From positions 349,928,001-349,992,000 of the forward strand of contig OZ024741.1 of NCBI GenBank assembly GCA_964016885.1: DNA of 64,000 bases, in the 5' to 3' direction. Positions within the stretch are counted from its first letter, which is position 1. Each line of letters begins with the position of its first letter. The notes below the pieces were generated by a model that worked only from the letters and a program-made list of their open reading frames with translations, did not search any database and had not been told where the DNA came from. Source of the DNA: Eledone cirrhosa (lineage: Eukaryota). The position numbers and the translations under genes were made by a program. Shown here one piece after another: positions 14,161 to 27,552 of this stretch.

Positions 14161-14700
14161 AGAGAAAGTAAATTAGTTATTTGTAAAGGTAAACATAAAT
14201 TAATTAAATAAATTAAAGTAAATATTAGCCTTTGATAATTGATAGAATAACCGAACCCGGTGTCCAACGATGTAAAATATTTTAGCAAATCCATCCGTAA
14301 CATGTCAACCATTATTATTTACAATATAACTTTAAAAAAGGTGTCAATTTCAGAAGAGTCTCAGCGGTAGTGTGGTACAGTCGCTGGTTATATACTCGTA
14401 TAACTGCTACTTTTAGATGGCGCAGACTGTTCGAAGTTCAATCTCTGCGCGCCAAAAAGAACTATTTTTGTTTCGCATTTTGCTAACTAAAAGAATGTAG
14501 ATATAGAAGAATCCGCGCCGCCATGGACTCACTAGCTGTGGGTCTGTAGCTATAGCTTCCTTCGGCTGCGCTGTGTTAAAGCACCGCTCCCCTTGGAAGC
14601 TCTAGCTGTGTGTGTCTCTGGCTATGACTTGCATTGGTATCACTGGGCATTACCCCCGCCCGCCTCGCAAATACACACACACCTATATAGATATATATTG

Positions 14701-14731
<31 letters not shown>

Positions 14732-14750
14732 CATATATATACATATATAT

Positions 14751-15707
14751 ACTAGACATGAAAAATGCGCAAGCTCAAAAGTGCCACAGAATGTTATAAT
14801 AAACCTTCAAAAGTGTGGGACTAGAGTTGTTGCTAAAAAATATTGTAATCATTATATATCGTACATTCTGTGGCATCCTTTATAAAAATAGCTTAAACCA
14901 ACGAAGCCTTTATTTTTACGCTATTTCACTTAGTTAATTCTTAGAGTGTAACATATAAAAATATCATTTACAACTATAAAATAAATTAATTAATATAATA
15001 ACAGAGCTGCGGAGCTGAAATTTAGGAAATAATGGAGTATCGGATCCTGAGTTGGAGCCAGTCAATTTTTGGCCGACTCCGCAGCCCTGTATAATACATT
15101 TCATATTAAAGTTATTAATAAACCTATTTTACACTTCATGCAAATTACCACGAGATATTGATATTAGATATAAGATACAGCGCAATATCTACAGCTGTAA
15201 AAGTACGAAAGCGAAGTAATAATAAGTGGCTTAAGGTAATTCCAATATGAAAGTTTGTAGTGATAAAAATTTGATAATGCAATACGATTGTTAATATTAT
15301 AGTTCTATGAAAATGTAACAATAGATAACTAAATTATTTTACTATTAGTATATTTAAGAAATTATCATTATAGATTTGATCGTTCATATAAGCATCATAT
15401 TAAGTTTCAACACAATTATTTTGTTACTATGAGTATATGATAATAATATTACGTAATTATTTATAGCTGTTATTACATTAAACATAGATGTATTTATTTT
15501 TATATGTTACACTCTAAGAATTAACTAAGTGAAATAGCGTAAAAATAAAGGCTTCGTTGGTTTAAGCTATTTTTATAAAGGATGCCACAGAATGTACGAT
15601 ATATAATGATTACAATATTTTTTAGCAACAACTCTAGTCCCACACTTTTGAAGGTTTATTATAACATTCTGTGGCACTTTTGAGCTTGCGCATTTTTCAT
15701 GTCTAGT
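14751..15707. repeat. Inverted repeat with 213-bp arms (14751-14963 / 15495-15707) ending in CTAGT
   Basis: I see no mismatch between the arms by eye. Each arm holds an internal IR tgccacagaatgt/acattctgtggca. Confidence 0.9.
15002..15089. mobile_element. 88-bp hAT MITE
   Basis: TIRs cagagctgcggag / ctccgcagccctg and TSD tataataa/tataatac. Confidence 0.75.
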
Positions 15708-16294
15708 TTAATATTTTTTTAAGGCAACGCTTGTAATAACTCTAGTTAAACAGGATATATATTAATAATAAATTATCGTTGTAATGTAATTAGATTATGT
15801 AATTGTTATTATAAATTATCTTATAAATATTAGTGTAAGATGTATAAAAATATTTTCAGACTTTTAATATAAACAACTACAAAAAACAATCAATATTAAA
15901 TCAATATATTATACATAATAGAAAACATAAAATATACAATACAAAAACAAAATATTTACATACAATTGCAATTATCAGTGTATATACATTTTCTTTATAT
16001 TCCCTGAGCAAATTAATAAGATTTGTTTTTATTGTACATAATTTGATGACTTGTTGGAGTGTATTAAAAGATAGCAACAATTTGTGATTAAATTGTTATC
16101 TTAAGCAACTCACTTTTTAATAGTTGTTGGCTGAGCGAAATTGTAAAAGCCTATGAGCAAATATAAAAAAACATACACAAACAACATTTCCTTGTGTTAT
16201 TACAACATTAGATAAAATAATTGAGCAATGTCGTTATATTTTGCTCTTATTGCACATTAATAGTGTTTCTATTTTTCGGCACAAATCCATTACG

Positions 16295-16430
16295 GCAGTC
16301 CATTACTGGTACTTTATTTTATCGAATTAGTAAGTATGAAAGTCGAAGTTAACCTCGGCAGGATTTGAACTTAGAATGCAAAGGACCATAACAATACTGC
16401 AAAGCATGGTGTCTGACGCTCTACCAATAC
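16295..16430 (-). mobile_element. tRNA-derived SINE
   Basis: Contains 'actggtactttattttatcg...gttaacctcggcaggatttgaact'. Confidence 0.75.
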
Positions 16431-16824
16431 TTGTGTTGAGCTGGTCATTAATTTATGGTGGTCGTGCGTGGAGTAGAGCAATCGCTAGTTGAAATATTAT
16501 GAACAAAACATTTTTATTTGCCGAAGAACATATTTTCAATACTGTTTGTGAATGTGACGAAGGAAATACATTCTGATATGGAACAGTGTACAAAGTGTGT
16601 CTGTGAATAACATAATGTTACCTCATGTTGTTGTCAAGACATAATGGATTTCGTATATCCAGTTAGAAGATGAAACCTAGCCATCTCGGATTAGTTATAT
16701 TTCATGCCATGTGTAAACGTGTTTGAGGATAGCAAAATATGCGCGTTAATTATAATAATTAGTTAATAATATTACAAAATATACCTAATTAAACTCTTTG
16801 CTTGAAATTTTATCATTCTTCGTT

Positions 16825-16873
<49 letters not shown>

Positions 16874-17647
16874 TTATCTAGTCCTTCGCTCAAGATTAAT
16901 CTATAAGTTTAGATGTTTGCCTTCGTTTAAGTAAATATTACAGTAAGATTTTTAATATAAACAACTACAAAAAACAATTAATATTAAAACGAAAAAATTA
17001 TCAATGATAAAAGAAGCGGATGCAACTTTTTTTTTTATAAAGTTATATTCCTGTTTCTTTAAAGAACATTTCATTTTTGTTCTATTGTAGGCGAAATAAT
17101 GCAATGGTTTAATAGGGAAGATATAACTTACGAATTATGTCTCTAACCGTGTAACGCTTTTTAAGTAGATAACTACAATTGAAAATACTAAAGAAATGGA
17201 ACCAACAATTCAATTTGAAAGTCGTCTAGTGACAGTGTATTACTGGTACTTTATTTTATCGACCCCGTAACGATGAAAGGCAAAAATGCAAATGCTTAAA
17301 ATTTAAATTGCCTTAATTCTATCGTCTGCTGTTTCATTAAAGGGAGATTATCGTCTGTATTTAATTCTATCGTCTACTGTTCCACTAAACAGATATACCT
17401 CCACTATCGTCTCTATTTATACATTTTAACTTATAACTTATACACATTTGATTTGAAATATTTTATCTAGTCCCCCCTCTCAATATTATGATGATTTCTT
17501 TCGAATGAAACAGTTCTAGTCCTGTAGAAACCATTTATATATATAATTGAACTGAGTTAAAAATTCACAATATTTATAATTAAATAAGCTCATATATATA
17601 TGTGTGTATTTATCTGTTTATTGTATTATATATAATGTGTGTATATA

Positions 17648-17760
17648 CAGGATGTCCCCCAAAAATATATACACACTTCAACAGCATTCTAATAACTATT
17701 GCCTGTACAGGTAATCAAAGTGCCAATCGAATGTTAGTTTCGTGTTTTAACAGTACAAAT
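17648..17760. mobile_element. Tc1/mariner MITE fragment (same family as 22161-22257)
   Basis: 'tacaggatgtcccccaaaaatatatacacacttcaacagcattctaat'. Confidence 0.6.
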
Positions 17761-18393
17761 TTACAATACACACATAAAACCATGAGTGTGTATACACATA
17801 CATGAATGTGTATATACAATATATATGTATATATATATAGACACATATATTCACGGTGCAACGGTACATTAAAATATAGATGCGGGAGAGGGGGGGGGGT
17901 GTATATATAGGGGCGCTGGGGATAAAGGAGTGTAAAGCGTGTGTAATTGATATATTGAAGGAGAGGAGCGTGCAGCGATAGAGTAACAAATATATAGAGA
18001 GGGGGAGAGATGGTATTGAAGGGGAGGAGTGCAAAGCGAAAGAGTAAGAGATATATATAGAGACGGAACAGATAGAGAGAAACAGGCGTAAGTAACAGTG
18101 GAAGAGATATAGAGAGAGGTACTCTGATTGGTTGAAAATTAGCCAATGACATACGATCACCACCACCACGGCTATCCCCGAAAATTTTTTTAAGAAGCTA
18201 CGCATATATGTTAGAACACGAAAAGTGAACATTCTGTTGTTTCACACTTTTCGTGTTCTAACAGATATATATATATATACATATATATATAATATACGGC
18301 TCGGAAAAATCTCTTTCCTAGAGCTATTTTATTGTAAGAGACTATTTTGAGTTTCTCACTCAATATATACCTTGGATATATATATATATATGT

Positions 18394-18512
18394 GAAGGCG
18401 TGTGGCTGAGTGGTTAGAGAATTGGATTCGCAATCTTAAGGTTGTGAGTTCGATTCCTGGACCAGGCGATGCGTTATGTCCTTGAGCAAGACACTTTATT
18501 TCACGCTGCTCC
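18394..18512 (+). mobile_element. Second tRNA-derived SINE family, 5' part
   Basis: A-box 'tggctgagtggtt', B-box 'gagttcgattcc' and central 'gtccttgagcaagacactt'. A full copy lies at 43180-43445. Confidence 0.8.
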
Positions 18513-18927
18513 TTCTACCTGGAGTTGCGACCGATAGATAGTATTAGCAATTGGAAAGACCAACGGAAACATTGTTCCCTCGGTCCGATTTGACGAAAGT
18601 CGATCATTCCTTCATATATATATATATTAAGTATGAAAATCGAAGGTCATTACTGCTATTTTATGGATGTGTATATTTCGCAAGTTCTTTTTTATTGGAG
18701 AATGGAAGAAATATTTTATCTATTCTATAATCCGTATTTCTACTTTACAATTTTACGGTCAATTGCATCCACAGAAATACAGAAGATTTTAAAAACATTT
18801 TATTTATTCGATATAAAAATTAAATAATAGTATTTTAGTTGTGTGTGGGCCCCTGTGTCTCTTCTTGGCCACCAATAATTTTAGATCCAGTTCGCCAATG
18901 TATATAAATATATATATATATATAAAT

Positions 18928-19083
<156 letters not shown>

Positions 19084-19227
19084 CTATCACACTAGAAACA
19101 TCACGATATCACCAGAGAGCGGAAGAGGGTTTTAGCTCGAAAGAAAAAGAAGAGAGAATGTAAGAGGGAGGGAGTTTTGAAATAGATAGATGTAGAGAAA
19201 AGGGAAGAGAAAGGTGTTACTTTTAGG

Positions 19228-19284
<57 letters not shown>

Positions 19285-19395
19285 ATCTTAAGATCATGTA
19301 GTGTAGATTTCTTAAGGGAATGGACTAAAGATTAAATCTTTCCGAACACATTTTTACTTTGGCACTCAAACTTTACATATATATGAAGGTATGTT

Positions 19396-19460
<65 letters not shown>

Positions 19461-19503
19461 GTGTATGTATATATATATGCACATATATAAACACTTATAT
19501 ACA

Positions 19504-19567
<64 letters not shown>

Positions 19568-19668
19568 TAGGCTGCCCATCTCTCTCTGTGTCTGTGTATC
19601 CGTGTGTATGTGTCACCTAATTCTATCTGTCGCTTCTTCACTCACTCTCTCTTTTTCTTTCTCTCTTA

Positions 19669-19761
<93 letters not shown>

Positions 19762-20426
19762 CGCGTGTGTGTGTGTGCGTATATATATATATATGCATAT
19801 ATATATGGGAACAACCTGTATTTCAAACATATCATATTAAGGACGCGACTGTGTTTGAGTTCGATCTTTTTATTAAGGCTTTTACGTATTTTCTTATTAG
19901 TCCTTTATGTTTAGTTTCGAAAAAATAATGTTCCTAAATTATTTTTGTTTCTCATTTTGCTAACTAGAAGAAGATAGAATGTAGAAGAATCGCGCCGCCA
20001 TTTCATAATTAATGTGTATTTGTGTTTTGATCGAACCATTGAGGTGTTGGTTAAATGGTGTAATTAAGGACGAAACTTGGGTTGTATTAATGCTTCCAGC
20101 CCTGGAATACTTAAGCTTTTAAGAATAAAGGGTCAACCCTTTGGGATGTTTTGTTGAAAGCACAAATTTGCATGCATTTTCTAAAGTTAATGATAGTGGA
20201 GAGGTGAGCATGTCATGCGTTACTAAAGGTATAGTTTACCAGGTACCAATGTATTATTACCATTCGAATAAATCGTTGTTCAATATATCTTTAATGACTA
20301 GTTTTTCTCGTATTTTATTCCTGCAGTGCAATATATACCATAAAGATGTCCTCAAACATTCTGCTTGTGAGATGAAGATGTTACTAACTTTGGACATTAG
20401 AATGGCTCATCCAGCGTGTTTCCCTC

Positions 20427-20620
20427 ATCATCCTCCGGGGAAATGCCTTCTCTATTTTGTCCGCCGGGGCCGCCGGTCGGCCAGCGCTGGGACCCCATTT
20501 GCTCATAATAGTGAGAGATGGGGAGAGCAGGAGAGACGGAGGCAATGACAGTGGAAATTTGGTTCATTTGTGTTTGAACTTTGTGTTTATGCATATGTTT
20601 GACAAGCACACACTCATACA
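20427..20620. repeat. Dispersed repeat (second copy at 31316-31480)
   Basis: Both copies share 'catcctccggggaaa...ccccatttgctcataatagtgagagatggggag'. Confidence 0.75.
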
Positions 20621-21287
20621 TCTGTTTCCCTACAATAGCAATGCATAATTACTGGTTCTACCCCATTGCTTATTTTAAATAGACAGACAACACTTTATGA
20701 AAAAAAGGTTCACTCAGGTGATCACTAGATTGTCAGTAACGATGGTAAAATAAGTTGAATGTTCGTGCCAAGCAATGCGTTATTGTAGTCAACAAGAGAC
20801 TATGCCAATAAAGATATGTTGACCAATTTTTTGTAGCGACCTTAGAGAAGACATACAAGTACAAAGAACTTTTAGTTACATCAAAAACAAGTTTGCAATA
20901 AAATTTAGCAGCTTCGTTAAGACTATTACACTAGTCAGTTCTTATGTAAACTTTTGTACAAAGTGGAAGCAGAATGCGATTTTGAAGGATTCCACCTGGT
21001 TGTGTATTACAGATGTGTAATAATTTATGTAAATTTCAATAACTCGGGCTCTCTTGTAAAGCAAATTGAATGAATTTATGTTATTGATATTTTGGCTCTT
21101 TCCTTTTCATCAGTTTTCTACATCACTATATATAGGAAATTCTTTATAGTCCCCTTAACAAAGGCACCATGTGTTGCCTACGAACATCTGACTGCTAGCA
21201 AAGCTAACCTCGGCAGGATTTGAACTCAGAACAAATGACGATAAACTTATAGAATATATTATATATTTATTTCAATATACATATATA

Positions 21288-21505
21288 AGGGCGGTGGATC
21301 GGCAATATCGGTGGAGCGTCGGACAACATGCTTTATGTCATAGAGTTACGCCCCTTTTTGTTCTGAGTTCAAATCTTGCCGAGGTTAGCTTTGCTTTTCA
21401 TCCTTACGGGGTCGATAAAATAAAGTACCAGTAATGCACTGGGTCGATTTAATCGATTTTCCCCCACCCTCACAATTGTTGGCCTTGTGCCTAAATCAGA
21501 AACCA
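21288..21505 (+). mobile_element. Full-length tRNA-derived SINE (Meta-like domain)
   Basis: Head, B-box, Meta-like core and the 'gtcgatttaatcga' hairpin are all present. Confidence 0.85.
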
Positions 21506-21995
21506 ATTGTCCTCCGGTATTCGCGGGGTTACGATCCTAGGGCACCCGTGAAGAGTGAAAAAACGTGAATATTGGACGTGGTTCATAAAAATGCCTATAA
21601 ACCTCAAAACATTACGTTAAATATAGGCCGGCAAATACGGTATTTTGTTATTGATAATTTAGCGTTAAAAACCGTGACAATATATATTGTCACGAAAAAA
21701 GCCATAAAAATATCGTGTAAGATATTTACGATTCCGCGAATATGCGGTGGTTTCCACGAACGATTATTAGTTAGGTTCTAAGGAATATCCCGCGAATAAC
21801 CGCGAATGTCGGTACGCGAATGCCGGATGTACACTATATATAGAGAGATTTTATTTTGAATTATCTCTTAGTGCCGCCAATATTTATCAATATATCATTA
21901 TATTGCTGCTCTATACCTGATGTTTTGTTCAGCTATTGATCCTACTTGCTATTCGCTTTACGTAAAGGAAATATGTTTTGTTATATCAGCTAAAT
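21506..21995. mobile_element. Pogo/Tigger-like MITE, partial inverted copy of 35187-35800
   Basis: Matches the reverse complement of 35270-35800. Confidence 0.7.
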
Positions 21996-22160
21996 AATGT
22001 TATAACACATATATATATATGCAGATATGTATATATATATATGTGTGTGTGTGTAAGATATATATATGATATATACAATATAAAATATATATTATAGATT
22101 ATATGGATGTGCATATATATATATGAAATATATATATATATGAATATACATATATATATA

Positions 22161-22257
22161 CAAGGTGTCCCAAAAATGTATACATACTTCAACAGCATTC
22201 TAATAAATATTGCCTGTAGGTAATCAATGTATGGATATATTTTTTGTGGACACACTG
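22161..22257. mobile_element. 97-bp Tc1/mariner MITE
   Basis: TA|caaggtgtcccaaaaatgtatac ... gatatattttttgtggacacactg|TA. Confidence 0.75.
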
Positions 22258-22290
22258 TATATATACATATTATATATATATATATATATT

Positions 22291-22334
<44 letters not shown>

Positions 22335-22389
22335 TCTCCACAAAAATGTATACATATATACATGCATATTATATATATTATATATTATA

Positions 22390-22498
<109 letters not shown>

Positions 22499-22515
22499 AT
22501 TTGTGTCTGTATGTA

Positions 22516-22581
<66 letters not shown>

Positions 22582-22677
22582 CATTTTCTCATCCTTCTAG
22601 ATTTCGCTAGCCCTCTTGTTTGTTTTGTTTGCTTATTCTCTCCTCTTCTCTCTCAAAGTCCCTCCCTCTCTCCTCTA

Positions 22678-22762
<85 letters not shown>

Positions 22763-23391
22763 CTTTCTCTTCTTTTTATCACTTTATCAATTGCTATCTT
22801 CACGACCGTCTCCTCTCACCATACACAGGGGGTCGTATTTCTAGAGTCTCTGTTTTCTTGCCAATTATTAATCATTAGAAGTTCAAGATAAGACGCATTC
22901 CAGGTCAACATTTTCAAGATTGACAGTAATGGTAGCTATTTATGTACGAGACTGGCCGTTTTAGCACTTCAAGTAGATTGTGGTGATGTGATCGGTAGGT
23001 GACTAGGTGAGTGAGGAGGTTGGGCATGGTTCACAGGGTGGGCGGGTTAGTTAGTTGTGGGGTGGGACGGGTTGTGTGTATGTTAACGAGTATCGAAATT
23101 GAAAACTTTCTTTTCTTCCCCCTCCTCAATATCGACCTCACCGCTCCATTTCACCCCCCACCGCCTCAAACCAAAACTACCCCAACCAGAAATAAATTCG
23201 AAGACATGCGTACACACAGACACACACACACTCACACTCACACACACACTCACACTCACACACAAACGTACACATACACATACACTCACACACGAATGCT
23301 TCAGTTGATTCAAACAAAGGAGCTGCCTACTAGTAAGATTAACGTGTAAGTGATTGAGGATTCTACACCCTTAATATAGATCGCAGGGAAA

Positions 23392-23515
23392 TACGAGGAC
23401 CGGCTAAAAGGTTTATAAGCTGACCAAGATATGTTCATGGAATGTGACCAAATAAGGTTTACTTTTCAACATAGTCCCTCTTGCGGTCCCACACACTTCT
23501 TCCATCCCATTGGTG
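23392..23515. mobile_element. Mariner-like terminal fragment
   Basis: 'tacgaggaccggctaaaaggtt...tacttttcaacatagtccc'. A similar end lies at 35817. Confidence 0.55.
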
Positions 23516-23530
23516 CATATATATATATAT

Positions 23531-23758
23531 ATTGAGTACTCTGGTGCGTTATGGTCCATCTGGTTCCTTACCACATTTCCTTCGTTATATATATATATAT
23601 AACGAAGGAAGTGTGGTAAGAAACCAGGTGGACCATAACGCATCAGAGTACTCGATACTTAGGGTAGTAGAGTGGGTAATAGGAAAAGATTCAGGGCGCC
23701 GACGGCTGAGCTCCGGCCATTTCGACAGCTAGATCCGAACTAGTGTCCTGACTCTTTT

Positions 23759-23762
<4 letters not shown>
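23531..23762 (-). mobile_element. Family A PLE-like short element, plus an inverted tail fragment at 23531-23588
   Basis: Has the tail 'ataacgaaggaagtg...gagtactc', a hammerhead 3' half and a short inverted arm ending 'ttttcctat'. Confidence 0.75.
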
Positions 23763-23803
<41 letters not shown>

Positions 23804-23948
23804 CTGAATAAATGAACAGAGAACAAAAACAGAGACCCAGTACAAATGATATGGTTTTCCCGCTTGAGAGTGGGGGTGGGGGACGAGGCAATACACATAT
23901 ATATATATATATCCCCTAAGAAGTTCATTCTGTCATTACCACAACAAA

Positions 23949-24033
23949 GATCCGACGAGCTTTTGATTCCAGGGTCGGGCAAGATCGATACAAATCGAAC
24001 CTTGAGCTGATCAATAGCGAAATGCGCGTCATT
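23949..24033 (+). ncRNA. Hammerhead-like motif with CCGACGA core and extended stem II
   Basis: gat-CCGACGA-gcttttgat...atcaatagc-GAAA-t-gcgc-g-TC-att. Confidence 0.5.
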
Positions 24034-24069
24034 AAACGATAAACGTAATGACGACATAACATATCGTAC

Positions 24070-24597
24070 GTTTCTGTCTGGTGGCCGTTGCGAAAGAGGT
24101 TATATGGTGGACCAAATTAAAATGACTGAAGACAGACACTTTTCTCTTCGGCCAATCCCTCATCAACTTCTTCAAGTTTCACCTGGAAAGGAAGGTGAGG
24201 GTGGAGAGAGAAGTGCTGCCCCCCAGTACATTTGCTAAAAGGTGGATGAATGTGGCGAGATAGACCCGTGTGAATGGGCCTACTCTGACCATGCGCCTAT
24301 AGGCTAGCTAACTTGAGGAGAGGGGTGCTCTCCCTGGGTGCCCTAGAAGCGCAGGGTGGTTCAGGATTGGTGGAGTACCTGAGTCACCCCAGGGTCGTCC
24401 ACCCCCTATAGGGGAATTTATTTTGTTATATTTATGCATAGTTTATTTTATATTTTTTATATCTTCATTGTTAAATTAATCTTGCCATTGTGCACTTTTA
24501 CTCGACCTTATTGTAAACCCCCACTGTCCCTGTCTTTGTATTGTCCCCTACATGTCGGCCCTTGTGGCTAATAAATGAAATCATTATTATCATTATT
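24070..24597 (+). pseudogene. 3' end of a Tx1/L1-like LINE
   Basis: Translates as AVAKEVIWWTKLK...FFKFHLERKVRVER...FAKRW. Ends 'cttgtggctaataaatgaaat' + (ATT/ATC)n. Homologous to 62391-62996. Confidence 0.65.
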
Positions 24598-24695
<98 letters not shown>

Positions 24696-24756
24696 TATAT
24701 ATATATAAAATAAAGTTAAATAAAAGTCAAATGATTAAAATTTAGCTTCGTTTATT

Positions 24757-24811
24757 ACTGCTATATATATTTCAGTGACAGCCATCTTTGGCTGTGACCT
24801 CTTCAGGCAGT
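24757..24811 (-). ncRNA. Type-I hammerhead ribozyme (inverted copy)
   Basis: Reverse complement of 25038-25092. Confidence 0.8.
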
Positions 24812-25037
24812 TTGAATTAGTATGGTATAGACAAGTACATATGTTGTTTAGGTGTATAATATTGTCAATACTCTGATATGCCCAGTTCCTTGTTGGGTTG
24901 TTAATTCACTGAGGAACTGGATATGACTCCAGTTCCTCAGTGAATTAACAACCCAACAAGGAACTGGGCATATCAGAGTATTGACAATATTATACACCTA
25001 AACAACATATGTACTTGTCTATACCATACTAATTCAA

Positions 25038-25092
25038 ACTGCCTGAAGAGGTCACAGCCAAAGATGGCTGTCACTGAAATATATATAGCAGT
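25038..25092 (+). ncRNA. Type-I hammerhead ribozyme
   Basis: actgc-CTGAAGA-ggtcacagcca-aaga-tggctgtcact-GAAA-t-atat-a-TA-gcagt. Confidence 0.85.
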
Positions 25093-25237
25093 AATAAACG
25101 AAGCTAAATTTTAATCATTTGACTTTTATTTAACTTTATTTTACACTACTCCGGAGTAACCAAACCAACCTGCGCACTTCGTCGAGTGCTCCAGCCTGCA
25201 TACTGAGGTGTTGGTATACAACCAACATAAACTCAAA

Positions 25238-25302
<65 letters not shown>

Positions 25303-25305
<3 letters not shown>

Positions 25306-25498
25306 CGAAGGAAGTGTAGTAAGGAACCAGATGGACCATAACGCACCAGAGTACTCAATACTTAGGGTAGTAGAGTGGGTAATAGGAAAAAGCTTAACCC
25401 CGACGGCAGAGCTCAAGCCGTTTCGACGGCTATTTATCGACGGGAAATTGCCGTCGAAACGGCTTTAGCTCTGCCGTCGGGGTTAAACTTTTTCCTAT
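25303..25498 (-). mobile_element. Family A copy: tail + fold-back hammerhead 3' half
   Basis: Arms are 25382-25431 and ~25449-25498, with GAAA-cggc...gccg-TC-gggg. Confidence 0.8.
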
Positions 25499-25499
25499 G

Positions 25500-25754
<255 letters not shown>

Positions 25755-25911
25755 ATTAGATATATAGTTAGTTGAGTTTCGTTGGGTTATACACCCCACC
25801 TCATGCAGCCTGTGTCGCTGTGCACACGACGCGAAACTAATTCTAAAAAAATGATATGGACCAGATTAATTAATTTGAATTTCAAAGAATTTGATTTCTT
25901 TGAATTACTAA

Positions 25912-26035
25912 TACACAGACAGAATGGCGTGAGAAGGTTTTAATTGTGGCCGGGATATAGATAGGACTAGCGGGACGATGTCCAATCCTACTACTATCTG
26001 CAGCCACAATTCTCACACCATGCTGTCTATGTTTT
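25912..26035. repeat. Imperfect palindrome (MITE-like)
   Basis: 'agacagaatggcgtgagaa...ttgtggc...ataggac' pairs with 'gtcc...ctat...gccacaattctcacaccatgctgtct'. Confidence 0.6.
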
Positions 26036-26313
26036 GGCTAACTCTCAGATCCCGCTAGATATAAAGTATTTTGTACTCTATACACTATTGGATCTTATCC
26101 AAACTCGATTCCTCTAATGATTAGTTTTGTAGCTCTCGTAGCTTTACTAAAATCAATAGTTCATAATCGATAATCGTTCGGTTTACGAACTATGAAATGG
26201 TACCATAAGGAAAATAAGAACTTTTCAGCCTTGAAGAACGTATTTTCTCCTAAATATTATGTGCTTTATATTTATATGTACAAAATACTATGTGTTTCTC
26301 AAACGATATATGG

Positions 26314-26397
<84 letters not shown>

Positions 26398-26403
<6 letters not shown>

Positions 26404-27552
26404 TAAAATAACAGATTAAAATAACAGATTAAAGTTTAAGCAAAGAATCGCTGCTTTCACCCTTAACGGGATCTTCTGAAACTAACAAAGTCAATCTGTA
26501 AACGCAGAAGTGGATATACCATTACTTATTTGCATAGGTAAGTATATATTACTTGTATGTTTTGTGAAGGTACGTATACTTTCTCGTACGTATATTTGAT
26601 TGTATATGTTATGGCGTATAATTTTTTATATATTCTGGTACATATGGATTGGTTATATGTATACGGGAGTTTTACGTCTGTGTGAGTATGCAGGTTCGTA
26701 CGTATGTAGGGTGTGCGTATATGTGTACTTCATGTTTTGGTTGACTAACGTCTCCGAGCATTTGTGTATTTACATGTAGGTATGTGTGTGCGCTTGTTAT
26801 ATACGTATTTATTTATTTATATACGTTTATTTAATTATTTATTTATTTGTATACACGCACACACACACATATTTATATGTGCGTGGTTTTGTATACCTAT
26901 GTCAAGTGTTTTCGCGTATGCTTGTGTATTTACGTATTTGCATGCGTTTAAGTATTTATTTAATTTCTATTACTTCTGTATTGTATTTTATTTACTTTAT
27001 TCTTAACTCTGAAGCGGAGATTCATTCGGTTTCCTAGTTAGATTTTTAGTCTACGACTTCAGCTATACCATTTACGTGGTTTTGTCTTTGCGTGCAATTG
27101 TTCTCCACGCTCCACATATGACGTATTATCTTCGCTTTTTCCGTTCATTGCCAGAGAACGTCTCTATGAACCACCTAAGAGAACATTAGTCTACGACTTC
27201 TTTTATACCATAAACATGGTTCTGTCTTTGCGCGTAATTGTTTTTCACCGCTCCTATTAATGACGTATTATATTCGTTTTTTCCTGTTCTTTGCCAGGGA
27301 ACGTTTTCACGAACCAAAGTGTCGTCTTCCTGTCTTCCTCCGGTTGCAACGTTTTTTGAAATATCCACTTCTGCGTTTACAGATTGACTTTGTTAGTTTC
27401 AGAAGATCCCGTTAAGGGTGAAAGCAGCGATTCTTTGCTTAAACTTTAATCTGTTATTTTAATAAATGTTTGCTCTACCGTTCTTATATATTTGATATAT
27501 ATTTATCCTTATCGAGCCCTCTTTGGATTTTAGTCTTCAAATTTATTATTAT

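Larger units (their letters stand above)
24706..25240 (+). mobile_element. Family C: palindrome with 216-bp arms, 6-nt spacer and ~95-nt tail, in (TA)n
   Basis: Arms are 24706-24921 and 24928-25143. The tail is 25144-25240. Confidence 0.9.

Noticed and set aside
18394-18470. tRNA gene
   Set aside because: It continues into a SINE body and has a dispersed copy at 43180-43445, so it is a SINE head.
24706-25143. Palindromes as pure assembly artefacts
   Set aside because: Arms end at family-specific boundaries shared by independent copies, and several older copies have diverged arms. Read-level confirmation is still needed.
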